From a virus (Duplodnaviria; Caudoviricetes): DNA of 59,161 nt. The stretch's first letter is position 1; every line of letters begins with the position of its first letter. Both the position numbers and the translations under genes were made by a program. Below the pieces are notes generated by a model, which saw only the letters and a list, made by a program, of their open reading frames with translations, had not been told where the DNA came from and did not search any database. This document shows, piece after piece, positions 1-7,502 of the stretch. Location of the stretch: positions 1 through 59,161 of IMG/VR virus record IMGVR_UViG_3300033067_001135; one strand, written 5' to 3'.

Positions 1-1
1 A

Positions 2-769
2 ATACGAGCTGACCTGGAAGGAGTGGGATATGCCTGCGGGGGTGCCGATCTGTGCTCTGCGGGGGTCGGCGCGCCGAACATCCGGCAGCGGCTCTACTGG
101 GTGGCCGACTCCACGGGCGGAAGATTCGGAGAGCAGCGGGGCGAGATTGAGCAGGGGGAAGTGCGACACGCTGACGAGCGTTGCCAGGCTGACCGGCTGG
201 CCGACGCCGAAAACGACGGACAGCAAAGGCGGCATGGAAACCAGGGCGGTGTCGCATCGGAAGAATCTGAACGACGCGGCGACGCTGGCGGGCTGGTCGA
301 CGCCGACGGCAACAGACGCGACAAAGGCCGGCGACGTGTCGGCGAGGCCGGGCGCGATGGGTCTGTCCGAACAGATGTCGCTCGTCGGGTGGTCGACTCC
401 GAGCAGCCGAGACTGGAAGGACACCGAAGGGATGGCGACGACCGGAACGAATCCGGACGGGTCGAAAAGAATGAGGCTGGATCAATTGCCGAGGCAGGCG
501 CAGCTGGCGGGTTGGAGGACGCCGCAAGTGGAAGACGGGGAGCGGGGAGCGGGGAGCGGCCGTCAGGATCTGGATGCACAGGCGAAATTGGTTTCTGGAG
601 CGGATACGATCTCCTCCCCTGTATTGACGGGAAAACGCGGCGTGTTGAACCCGGCACATTCCCGCTGGTTAATGGGTTTCCCTGCCGTGTGGGACTGTTG
701 CGGGGTTACGGCAATGCAATCAATCCGTGGGTCGCGGCGCTCTTCATCAAAGCCAGCCGGGGCGGCTGA
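2..769 (+). CDS. C5-cytosine DNA methyltransferase, C-terminal part (alpha frame); 5' part lies at the window end (58855..59161)
   Basis: Frame is open from base 2: IRADLEGVGYACGGADLCSAGVGAPNIRQRLYWVAD (motifs VII-VIII, 'RQRLYWVA') and ends ...LRGYGNAINPWVAALFIKA (motif X, 'GYGNAI'). Confidence 0.88.
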   Translation: MRADLEGVGYACGGADLCSAGVGAPNIRQRLYWVADSTGGRFGEQRGEIEQGEVRHADERCQADRLADAENDGQQRRHGNQGGVASEESERRGDAGGLVDADGNRRDKGRRRVGEAGRDGSVRTDVARRVVDSEQPRLEGHRRDGDDRNESGRVEKNEAGSIAEAGAAGGLEDAASGRRGAGSGERPSGSGCTGEIGFWSGYDLLPCIDGKTRRVEPGTFPLVNGFPCRVGLLRGYGNAINPWVAALFIKASRGG

Positions 770-773
770 ATGA
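3..773 (+). CDS. Overlapping second-frame (beta) polypeptide of the C5 MTase, carrying motif IX and repeated modules
   Basis: Alternative frame, open across the whole alpha C-terminal region. Five GW[PSR]TP repeats at 99, 195, 291, 387 and 510. Ends with LNPAHSRWLMGFP, the motif IX-like segment missing from the alpha frame. True start may lie upstream of the window. Confidence 0.72.
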   Translation, partial: YELTWKEWDMPAGVPICALRGSARRTSGSGSTGWPTPRAEDSESSGARLSRGKCDTLTSVARLTGWPTPKTTDSKGGMETRAVSHRKNLNDAATLAGWSTPTATDATKAGDVSARPGAMGLSEQMSLVGWSTPSSRDWKDTEGMATTGTNPDGSKRMRLDQLPRQAQLAGWRTPQVEDGERGAGSGRQDLDAQAKLVSGADTISSPVLTGKRGVLNPAHSRWLMGFPAVWDCCGVTAMQSIRGSRRSSSKPAGAAE

Positions 774-774
774 C

Positions 775-3477
775 ATGCCAAATCTCGACGACAAGTTCAA
801 CACGCCGGGACCGGCGACGAAGATCGCGCTGACCAGGGATGACATCCTCGGCGCGCTGAAGTGGAGCGATCCGCGGGAAGTGACGACGAAGGTCGGTCAG
901 CGTATCACGCGGGAAGCCAAACCCTCGCCGGAGTTTTTCGAGCTCTACGATCGTGAAGGTCCGGCCTTGCGCGAACTCGGCTACACGCTCGGCCGCTGGC
1001 CGAAGGATACCGGCCCGTGGAAGGTCACGAAATGGGAGAAGGTCCCGGAGAAGGTCGTGATCGAGCGCCAGCAGGCAAACGAACTCTCCAGGGCGACCGA
1101 TGCCGACATCCGGATCCCGTCTCCCGAAGGGATGTCGTTCTTCGGCTACCAGAAGGCCGGCGTGGCGTTCGCGGTCAGCCGGCCGTCGACGCTGATCGCC
1201 GACGAACCGGGCTTGGGCAAGACTTGCCAGGCCATCGGCGTCGTGAACTGCTTGCCGGACGCGAAGCGCATCCTGGTCATCTGCCCGGCTTCGCTGAAGG
1301 AAAACTGGCGGCGCGAGATCTTGCGCTGGCAGGTCGTGAACCGGCCGGTGTTCATTGCCGACGCGAAGATGCTGCCGGACATGCACGGCTGGGTCGTGGT
1401 GAATTACGATGTGCTGACCAGGCACGAAGACATCCTGCATCGGCTCGAATTCGACGTGCTGATCGCCGACGAAATCCACTACTGCTTTCCTGCTGGCACG
1501 ATGGTCGAAACCGTTTCCGGGTTGATGCCTATTGAGCGCATCGTAAATCTGAATTTATCGTCCTCGGTTTACTGTGTTAATCCGCAGACGCGAAAAACCG
1601 AAGTGCGGACTGTTTCCGGATGGTATTCGCACCTGAATTCTAGGAGTATCGTCAAAATCACCCATGAGCACGGAATCTTGCGTTGCACCGAGGATCACCC
1701 CATCTGCGTCCGCAGCAAAGGCTGGGTTCGCGCCGGGGAAATCTTGGCAGGTGATGAGTTGTATCGAGTGTCGGGAGAAATTTGCGATACCTCGGCATCA
1801 GGTCGGCAAGAGGAAGTTTTGCACGAAGCGATGCAATGCGCTGAACAGGAACAAAAATCCCGGCTACATGAGGGGGCGTTTGGAAATGATGTGGGAGGGT
1901 CGTCGCAAGTCGGCCGGGAAGAAGAAAAGGCCGGATTCGGCGCTGCGAATGAAGACGGACAATCCGATGAACGATCCGGAAATCAGGGAGCGCGCGAGAA
2001 AAAGCAAAATCGGGAAGACCTTCTTATCCAGGGGTGGAAACGGCCAGCTAACTACGCAACAGCGCACCCTTCATTCAGCACTTTGCTCCGGGTGGCAGAT
2101 GGAATACGCGATTCCGACCGCAGCGGTCAGGGGGCGGTTTCCGTCGCTCCCAACGAACTACAAAGTCGATCTGGCGTTTCCCGCGATGAAGTTGGCCGTA
2201 GAGGTCGACGGGCGAACGCACACGATGAAGAAATGGCGTTTCTTGGATCGCCGGAAGGAATCGGTCTTAGCGGCTCTCGGGTGGAGAGTGTTGAGATTCT
2301 GGAATCAGCAGGTGGATACCGATCTCGCGTCTATTGTATCGACGTTGACGAGCATCACAATTTCTTCGCCGACGGAATCCTAGTTCATAACTGCAAGAAC
2401 AAGGACAGCCAACGGTCGAAGATGGTGTTCGGCATCAAGCCGACGAAGAAGCAGCGCGACGCTGGCGTGCCGGAGGTTCCCGGCATCCGGGCGAAGAAGA
2501 AGCTGCTGCTGACGGGCACGCCGATCTGCAATCGGCCGATGGAACTCTTTCCGCTGATCAACTACCTGGATCCGGTCGCGTGGCCGGACTTCTTCAAATA
2601 CGCGCTGCGCTACTGCGATGCGGATCGGGATGGCGGGTATTGGAATTTCAAGGGCGCGAGCAACCTGTTCGAGCTGCAGCAGAAGCTGCGGTCGACGCTG
2701 ATGGTCCGCCGGCTGAAGAAGGACGTGCTGAAAGACCTGCCGCGGAAGCTGCGGCGCGTGGTCGAATTCAGTCCCTCGGGCGAGATGCTGGACGTGGTGA
2801 AGGAAGAGCGCGCGAAGTTCGGGTCGGATGAGGATTACAAGAAGGAGGTCGAACGCATGATGCTGAAGGCCGACTTCAACGGAGATCGGGCGACGTATCG
2901 AAAGAACTGCGCCATCGCCAAGGTGAAGATGAAGGAGGTTCTGGCGTATCTGGATGACGCGATCGAGGAATCGGGCAAGATCATCGTCTTCATCTGGCAT
3001 CACGAGGTCGCGCGGATCCTGAAGGAACACTTTGGGCACAAGATGCTGCTGATCATGGGCGACACGCCGCTGCCGGCGCGCCAGGCCGCGGTCGACGCGT
3101 TTCAGAACGACGCGAACATGCCGGTGATCGTCGGCGGCATCAAGCCGATGGGCGTCGGCCTGACGCTGACGGCGGCGAGCCGGGTGATCTTCCTGGAGTT
3201 GGACGACGTTCCGGGCAACGTGACCCAGGCCGAAGACCGGGCGCATCGTATCGGCCAGCAGGACAACGTGCTGGTCGAGCATTTGATCGTCACGGGGACC
3301 TTGGACGCGGTGCAGGCGCGCAACTGCGTCGAAAAGCAAGAGATCATCGACAAGGCGCTGGACCTGGAAAAGAACCCGGGCGCGCGGCCGAAGCCGGTGG
3401 GCGAAAGCGTGACGACGGTCGCGGCGGCCGTGGCGCAGCCGGCCGACATTCCTGGTCAGCAACTGAAACTTTTATGA
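775..3477 (+). CDS. SNF2/HARP-like SF2 helicase, interrupted by an intein
   Basis: ADEPGLGKT (Walker A), ICPASL, DEIHY|CKN (motif II split by the intein), LTGTP, VRRLKKDVL, GVGLTLTAA, QAEDRAHRIGQ. ATG at 775 directly follows the MTase stops. Confidence 0.93.
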   Translation: MPNLDDKFNTPGPATKIALTRDDILGALKWSDPREVTTKVGQRITREAKPSPEFFELYDREGPALRELGYTLGRWPKDTGPWKVTKWEKVPEKVVIERQQANELSRATDADIRIPSPEGMSFFGYQKAGVAFAVSRPSTLIADEPGLGKTCQAIGVVNCLPDAKRILVICPASLKENWRREILRWQVVNRPVFIADAKMLPDMHGWVVVNYDVLTRHEDILHRLEFDVLIADEIHYCFPAGTMVETVSGLMPIERIVNLNLSSSVYCVNPQTRKTEVRTVSGWYSHLNSRSIVKITHEHGILRCTEDHPICVRSKGWVRAGEILAGDELYRVSGEICDTSASGRQEEVLHEAMQCAEQEQKSRLHEGAFGNDVGGSSQVGREEEKAGFGAANEDGQSDERSGNQGAREKKQNREDLLIQGWKRPANYATAHPSFSTLLRVADGIRDSDRSGQGAVSVAPNELQSRSGVSRDEVGRRGRRANAHDEEMAFLGSPEGIGLSGSRVESVEILESAGGYRSRVYCIDVDEHHNFFADGILVHNCKNKDSQRSKMVFGIKPTKKQRDAGVPEVPGIRAKKKLLLTGTPICNRPMELFPLINYLDPVAWPDFFKYALRYCDADRDGGYWNFKGASNLFELQQKLRSTLMVRRLKKDVLKDLPRKLRRVVEFSPSGEMLDVVKEERAKFGSDEDYKKEVERMMLKADFNGDRATYRKNCAIAKVKMKEVLAYLDDAIEESGKIIVFIWHHEVARILKEHFGHKMLLIMGDTPLPARQAAVDAFQNDANMPVIVGGIKPMGVGLTLTAASRVIFLELDDVPGNVTQAEDRAHRIGQQDNVLVEHLIVTGTLDAVQARNCVEKQEIIDKALDLEKNPGARPKPVGESVTTVAAAVAQPADIPGQQLKLL
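1483..2391 (+). mobile_element. Intein (303 aa) in helicase motif II
   Basis: Begins CFPAGTMVET (block A), has LRCTEDHPI (block B TxxH), ends VYCIDVDEHHNFFADGILVHN followed by +1 Cys. Removal restores DEIHYCKN. Codons are visibly more AT-rich than the flanks. Confidence 0.93.
1664..2383 (+). CDS. DUF559/Vsr-like endonuclease nested out of frame inside the intein
   Basis: CIEC...FCTKRC zinc-ribbon, NPMND segment, then YKVDLAFPAMKLAVEVDGRTH...DRRKESVLAALGWRVLRFWNQQV (DUF559/Vsr signature). Start may be ATG 1754. Confidence 0.8.
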   Translation: MSTESCVAPRITPSASAAKAGFAPGKSWQVMSCIECREKFAIPRHQVGKRKFCTKRCNALNRNKNPGYMRGRLEMMWEGRRKSAGKKKRPDSALRMKTDNPMNDPEIRERARKSKIGKTFLSRGGNGQLTTQQRTLHSALCSGWQMEYAIPTAAVRGRFPSLPTNYKVDLAFPAMKLAVEVDGRTHTMKKWRFLDRRKESVLAALGWRVLRFWNQQVDTDLASIVSTLTSITISSPTES

Positions 3478-5165
3478 GAACCTTGCACATCGGAACCAAA
3501 GAACGCGGCGGGGATTTCACCCTGCCGCTCGATCTCGTCACGCAAACGCTGGCCATCCTCGCAAAGAAGGGTGCTGGCAAGTCCTACACGGCGTCGGTCG
3601 TGGTCGAAAACCTGCTGACCAACGGGCGCATTCCGGTGATCCTGGATCCGACGGGCGCATGGTGGGGGCTGAAGTCGTCTGCCGATGGCCTGGCAGCCGG
3701 GTTTCCGGTCGTGGTTTTCGGCGGCGATCACGCTGACCTTCCGCTCGAAGAGAACGCTGGCGAGGCGCTGGCGAGGGCTATCGTCGAGCAGCGTTTTCCC
3801 GCGATCATCGACCTATCGCTCTTCCGCAAGGGTCAGGTGAAGCGGTTCGTGACGCCGTTTCTCGAAACGATCTACCGGCTGAATCGGCAGCCGTTGCACC
3901 TGGTCGTCGACGAGGCCGATGACATCTGCCCGCAGAAGCCGTTCGGCGACGAGGCGCAGATGGTCGGCGCGTTGGAGGATGTCGTGAAGCGCGGCCGGAA
4001 GAAGGGCATCGGCTGCACGCTGATCACGCAACGGCCGGCGGATTTGGCGAAGCAGGTGCTGACCCAGTGCGAGATGCTGGTTGCCATGCGGCTGACCCAT
4101 CCGCTCGACATCAAGGCGGTGATGGAGTGGATCAACGTCCATGCGGATCCGCAGGCCGCGGCCGACATGGTTCGCAGCCTGCCCGGTCTACCGATCGGCA
4201 CGGCCTGGTTCTGGTCCCCGGGCTGGGGTGACATTTTCGAGCGGGTAAAGGTGAAGAAGCGTCTGACGTTCGACTCGGGCGCGACGCCGAAGGAGGGGGA
4301 TCCGGCGGTCATGCGGCCGAAGCTGGCGCAGATCGACATCGTGAAGCTCGGGGCAGACATCACGGCCGCGGTCCAGCGCGCCAAGGACAACGATCCGAAG
4401 GAACTGCGCGCCAGGATCGGCAAGCTCGAGCTGCAACTGCACGAGCAGCGCACGGTTCCGGCGCAGACCGTGACCGAAACGGTCGAGATCCCGGTGTTCG
4501 GGAAGGAGGATCGCGATGTCCTGGTCGACATGCAGCAGACGGTGAAATTCCTGTCGAAGCAGTGCGACGACCTGATGCAGGGCATCGAGGCGCGCCTGAA
4601 GTTCCCGAAGTGGCCGACGCCGGCAGTTCGGAGCGTGCCAGCCGTTGTCGAGCCGGTCCGTCTGGTCCGGGCGCAACCGGATGCGCTGGTGTCGATCCGG
4701 TGCGACGAAGACCTGCCGGAGGGCGAGAAACGCATCCTGACCGCGGTCGCGCAGCATCCCGATGGCTGCACGCGCGAACAGTTGACCGTGCTGACCGGCT
4801 ACAAGAAGTCGTCGCGGGATACCTACCTTCAGCGGATGCGCGCCAAGGATCTCGTTCAAGAGACGGCCGGCCGGATTGTGGCGACGGACCAGGGCGTTGC
4901 GGCGCTCGGGTCGGACTACGAGCCGTTGCCGACTGGCCGCGCGCTCTGCGACTACTGGCTCGCGAAACTGCCGCAGGGCGAGCAGCGTGTGCTCGCGGTG
5001 CTTGTCGGGTTCGCCGGCAGGGAATGCCAGCGCGAGGCGATCACGAATCAGACCGGCTACAAGAAATCCAGCCGTGACACCTATCTTCAGCGTCTCATGG
5101 CGCGGGAGTTGGTGCAGACGGATCGCAAGCACGTTTGGGCCAGTCCCATCCTTTTCGAGTCATGA
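3474..5165 (+). CDS. HerA/FtsK-superfamily (DUF87-like) ATPase with two C-terminal winged-helix repeats
   Basis: AKKGAGKS (Walker A), ILDPTG, LVVDEAD (Walker B), GRKKGIG, TQRPA. Duplicated TGYKKSSRDTYLQR segment near the C-terminus. Confidence 0.85.
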   Translation: MRTLHIGTKERGGDFTLPLDLVTQTLAILAKKGAGKSYTASVVVENLLTNGRIPVILDPTGAWWGLKSSADGLAAGFPVVVFGGDHADLPLEENAGEALARAIVEQRFPAIIDLSLFRKGQVKRFVTPFLETIYRLNRQPLHLVVDEADDICPQKPFGDEAQMVGALEDVVKRGRKKGIGCTLITQRPADLAKQVLTQCEMLVAMRLTHPLDIKAVMEWINVHADPQAAADMVRSLPGLPIGTAWFWSPGWGDIFERVKVKKRLTFDSGATPKEGDPAVMRPKLAQIDIVKLGADITAAVQRAKDNDPKELRARIGKLELQLHEQRTVPAQTVTETVEIPVFGKEDRDVLVDMQQTVKFLSKQCDDLMQGIEARLKFPKWPTPAVRSVPAVVEPVRLVRAQPDALVSIRCDEDLPEGEKRILTAVAQHPDGCTREQLTVLTGYKKSSRDTYLQRMRAKDLVQETAGRIVATDQGVAALGSDYEPLPTGRALCDYWLAKLPQGEQRVLAVLVGFAGRECQREAITNQTGYKKSSRDTYLQRLMARELVQTDRKHVWASPILFES

Positions 5166-5341
5166 AAACCACGAAAATCATCATCCTCGCGCTGCTGACC
5201 TTGGTCGCGGCGCAGTCGGCCTTTGCCAGGCCGCAAGCCGATCAAACCGAACGCGGGTTCATCATCGTCGACTACTATTATCCGCCGCGGCCGGTCTGCT
5301 TCTGGTGGCGCTGGCTCTGGCGGATGCCGCATTGGCCGTAA
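5162..5341 (+). CDS. Small secreted peptide, Trp/Arg-rich C-terminus
   Basis: ATGA overlap with the upstream stop. MKTTKIIILALLTLVAAQSAFA signal peptide, ends CFWWRWLWRMPHWP. Confidence 0.6.
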   Translation: MKTTKIIILALLTLVAAQSAFARPQADQTERGFIIVDYYYPPRPVCFWWRWLWRMPHWP

Positions 5342-5383
5342 GGGCTTGATTTTTCGCCTGGACGGCCGCAGTAGTGAGTTCCC

Positions 5384-5467
5384 ATGAAAATCCTCAATGC
5401 CAACGTCGACGGCAAGGATTCCATCCTGACGGGCACGGTGTTGAATCCGCGTCCGACCGGGAAGTAA
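5384..5467 (+). CDS. 27-aa hypothetical peptide
   Basis: MKILNANVDGKDSILTGTVLNPRPTGK*, behind TTGATT-N17-CAGTAG (5346). Confidence 0.35.
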   Translation: MKILNANVDGKDSILTGTVLNPRPTGK

Positions 5468-5492
5468 TCGCCTCGCCGAACCCCTGATCACC

Positions 5493-5951
5493 ATGTCCGA
5501 TCCGACCACGCCGGAAACCCCGGCCAGCACGCCGGCCGATGCCGGTTCCGCCCCTGCCGAAGTGCAGCCAAATTCCTCCCCCAGCACGGGGAGCGAGTCG
5601 CCTGCCCCGACCCCCGCGGTCGAGGCAGCGCCCGCCCCCACCGAACAGCCGACCACGCCGGAAACCCCGGCTGCGCCGGAGCCGACCCTGAACCCGCCGA
5701 CCGTGCAGCCCCCGCTGCCCGTGGCCGGTGTGTTCGCGGAGCACGGCAAACCCGACGACACGGCCGTCCAGCCGAAGGTGAAGAAAGCGACCTACGTCGA
5801 CGCCGAAGGCACGGAGCACGCGGTTGAGGTCGTCGCCGAACGCAAGGACGGCAGCGTCGACATCATGCTGCCCGCGACCATTGGCGGCTACCGGCGCGAT
5901 GCCGTGCGCCGTCGTGAGTCCGACGAGCAGAAGGGCGATTACCTGAAGTAA
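5493..5951 (+). CDS. Hypothetical protein, Pro/Thr/Ala-rich N-terminus
   Basis: ORF with phage-typical codon usage, followed by a terminator. Confidence 0.65.
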   Translation: MSDPTTPETPASTPADAGSAPAEVQPNSSPSTGSESPAPTPAVEAAPAPTEQPTTPETPAAPEPTLNPPTVQPPLPVAGVFAEHGKPDDTAVQPKVKKATYVDAEGTEHAVEVVAERKDGSVDIMLPATIGGYRRDAVRRRESDEQKGDYLK

Positions 5952-5972
5952 GGCACTTTTTTGGTCATCTCT

Positions 5973-6009
5973 AAGGCACGCTGGCGCAGGCTGGCGTGCC
6001 TTTTTGTTT
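5973..6009 (+). terminator. Intrinsic terminator
   Basis: AAGGCACGCTGGC...GCTGGCGTGCC hairpin followed by TTTTTGTTT. Confidence 0.7.
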
Positions 6010-6043
6010 GCCCGGCAGGATGCCCGAAGTAGGTATTATCCCC

Positions 6044-6256
6044 ATGACGAACGAATCCCCCGCGCTGACTCCGCGGATGAAGCAGGTGCTGGACGGAATC
6101 GCGGCCGGCCGGAACAACGAGCACATCGCGGCCGACCTGCGGATCTCCAGGAAGACGGTCGAGAAGCATCGGGCCGCGCTCTACACGGCCTTCAAGGTCG
6201 ACAACGCGGTCAGCCTGGTCATGTCTGCGCTCCGGGCCAGGGCCATCAGCCTATGA
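6044..6256 (+). CDS. LuxR/GerE-type HTH regulator
   Basis: LTPRMKQVLDGIAAGRNNEHIAADLRISRKTVEKHRAALY matches the LuxR HTH consensus (LT.RE..VL..i..G..n.eIA..L.IS.kTV..H). Confidence 0.85.
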   Translation: MTNESPALTPRMKQVLDGIAAGRNNEHIAADLRISRKTVEKHRAALYTAFKVDNAVSLVMSALRARAISL

Positions 6257-6570
6257 GCGACGTGATCACCATTCCCCCAGTTCACCCGCCGACCGGCCCG
6301 GTCGTCGTCGGGATCGACCCTGCCGGCCGCTCGGCTGCGATCTGCTACGCGTTCGACCCGGAGAAGCCGGCCGAACGGGAGATGATCCGGCATCTGGCGA
6401 TCCTTCCTGGCACAAAGATCAGCAAATACATGGGCTTCACGTTCATCTCGACGGACGAACCCGAACGGGCCGTCTGGAAGTATCGCCTGATCCACAAGCT
6501 CGAAGCGTGGCGTAAGGCGCGGGACGAGTTCCGCGCAGCGCACGACCCGCTGAAGGCCCCGCAAGCGTAA
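6253..6570 (+). CDS. Hypothetical protein
   Basis: ATGA-coupled ORF (MSDVITIPP...). Confidence 0.6.
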   Translation: MSDVITIPPVHPPTGPVVVGIDPAGRSAAICYAFDPEKPAEREMIRHLAILPGTKISKYMGFTFISTDEPERAVWKYRLIHKLEAWRKARDEFRAAHDPLKAPQA

Positions 6571-6577
6571 GTCCGCC

Positions 6578-6790
6578 ATGAGCGAGGCGATCACCTGCGT
6601 ATTCTGCGGTGCCCCGGTGAATTACTTTTACGAGGGTTCATCGGACCACGTTTTCGAATGCACCGAAGGCGCGAACATCTGTGGGGCGCGTGTCTCGTTT
6701 TGGGTGCATCCGGTGCCCTACAAGGATGAGGTCGCCGAAGCGAAGCGGCGGTATGCGTGCGTCGCCCCGGCGCGGGAGGCGCGGCGATGA
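6578..6790 (+). CDS. Small zinc-finger protein (Lar-like)
   Basis: CVFCG...VFEC...ICGA. Confidence 0.55.
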   Translation: MSEAITCVFCGAPVNYFYEGSSDHVFECTEGANICGARVSFWVHPVPYKDEVAEAKRRYACVAPAREARR

Positions 6791-7299
6791 GCGCACTCTG
6801 GAAGAAGCTCACGCCGCAGCAACTGCGGTTCGCCGACTACCTGGTCGAAGGGAAGAACCCGTCGGAGTCCTACCGGCTGTCCTACCCTAACCAATCCCTC
6901 TCGCCCGGCGCGCTGAAGGTCGAGGCTGCCAGGCTCAAGGCGAACCCGAAGATCGAGGCGTATATCGCCGACTGCTTGGCCGAACGCCGGCACGAATCGC
7001 TGCTGACGCGCGATCAGAAGCGGCAGATCTTGGGCGGTATCGCGAAGAAGCAGTCAGCGCCGGAGACCGCGCGCATCGCGGCGATCATGGCGGACAACAA
7101 GATGACGGGCGACGACGCGCCGATCCGGATCCAGGAAGAGATCACCCTGTTCGCGGTATTCAACAGCCTGGGGCTGTCGACCGGCCTGCCGTCGGCCGAC
7201 GAGCTCGAGCAGCTGAAGAACGTCACGCCGAAGAAGCGCAAGGCGCTGCCGCCGGCCGATGCTGCGCCGGCAACGACGGCGATGGAGCGCGCCGGATGA
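6787..7299 (+). CDS. terS: Terminase small subunit
   Basis: LTPQQLRFADYLVEGKNPSESYRLSYP...AARLKANPKIEAYI, a typical TerS N-terminal HTH. Lies just upstream of TerL. Confidence 0.8.
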   Translation: MSALWKKLTPQQLRFADYLVEGKNPSESYRLSYPNQSLSPGALKVEAARLKANPKIEAYIADCLAERRHESLLTRDQKRQILGGIAKKQSAPETARIAAIMADNKMTGDDAPIRIQEEITLFAVFNSLGLSTGLPSADELEQLKNVTPKKRKALPPADAAPATTAMERAG

Positions 7300-7502
7300 C
7301 CAGGCTCGAACAGGCCGTGAAGGATACTGCCGCGGGCGTCGACATCGTGTCGCGCGACCAGCTGCTCGGGCTGCTCGAAGCCGTGCAGTGCGGGAAGGTC
7401 AATCGCGACGACGCCGCGAAGCGCCTGGAGCGGTGGGTCGACGTGCGGATGATGGACGCTGCCAAGTTCACGCGGGACAAATTCGAACCAGGACTGTCAT
7501 GA
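7296..7502 (+). CDS. Hypothetical protein
   Basis: Short ORF translationally coupled between TerS and TerL. Confidence 0.55.
   Translation: MTRLEQAVKDTAAGVDIVSRDQLLGLLEAVQCGKVNRDDAAKRLERWVDVRMMDAAKFTRDKFEPGLS

Noticed and set aside
99-530. 96-nt periodic repeats as a CRISPR-like array
   Set aside because: Conservation is at the amino-acid level with synonymous changes, so these are coding modules.
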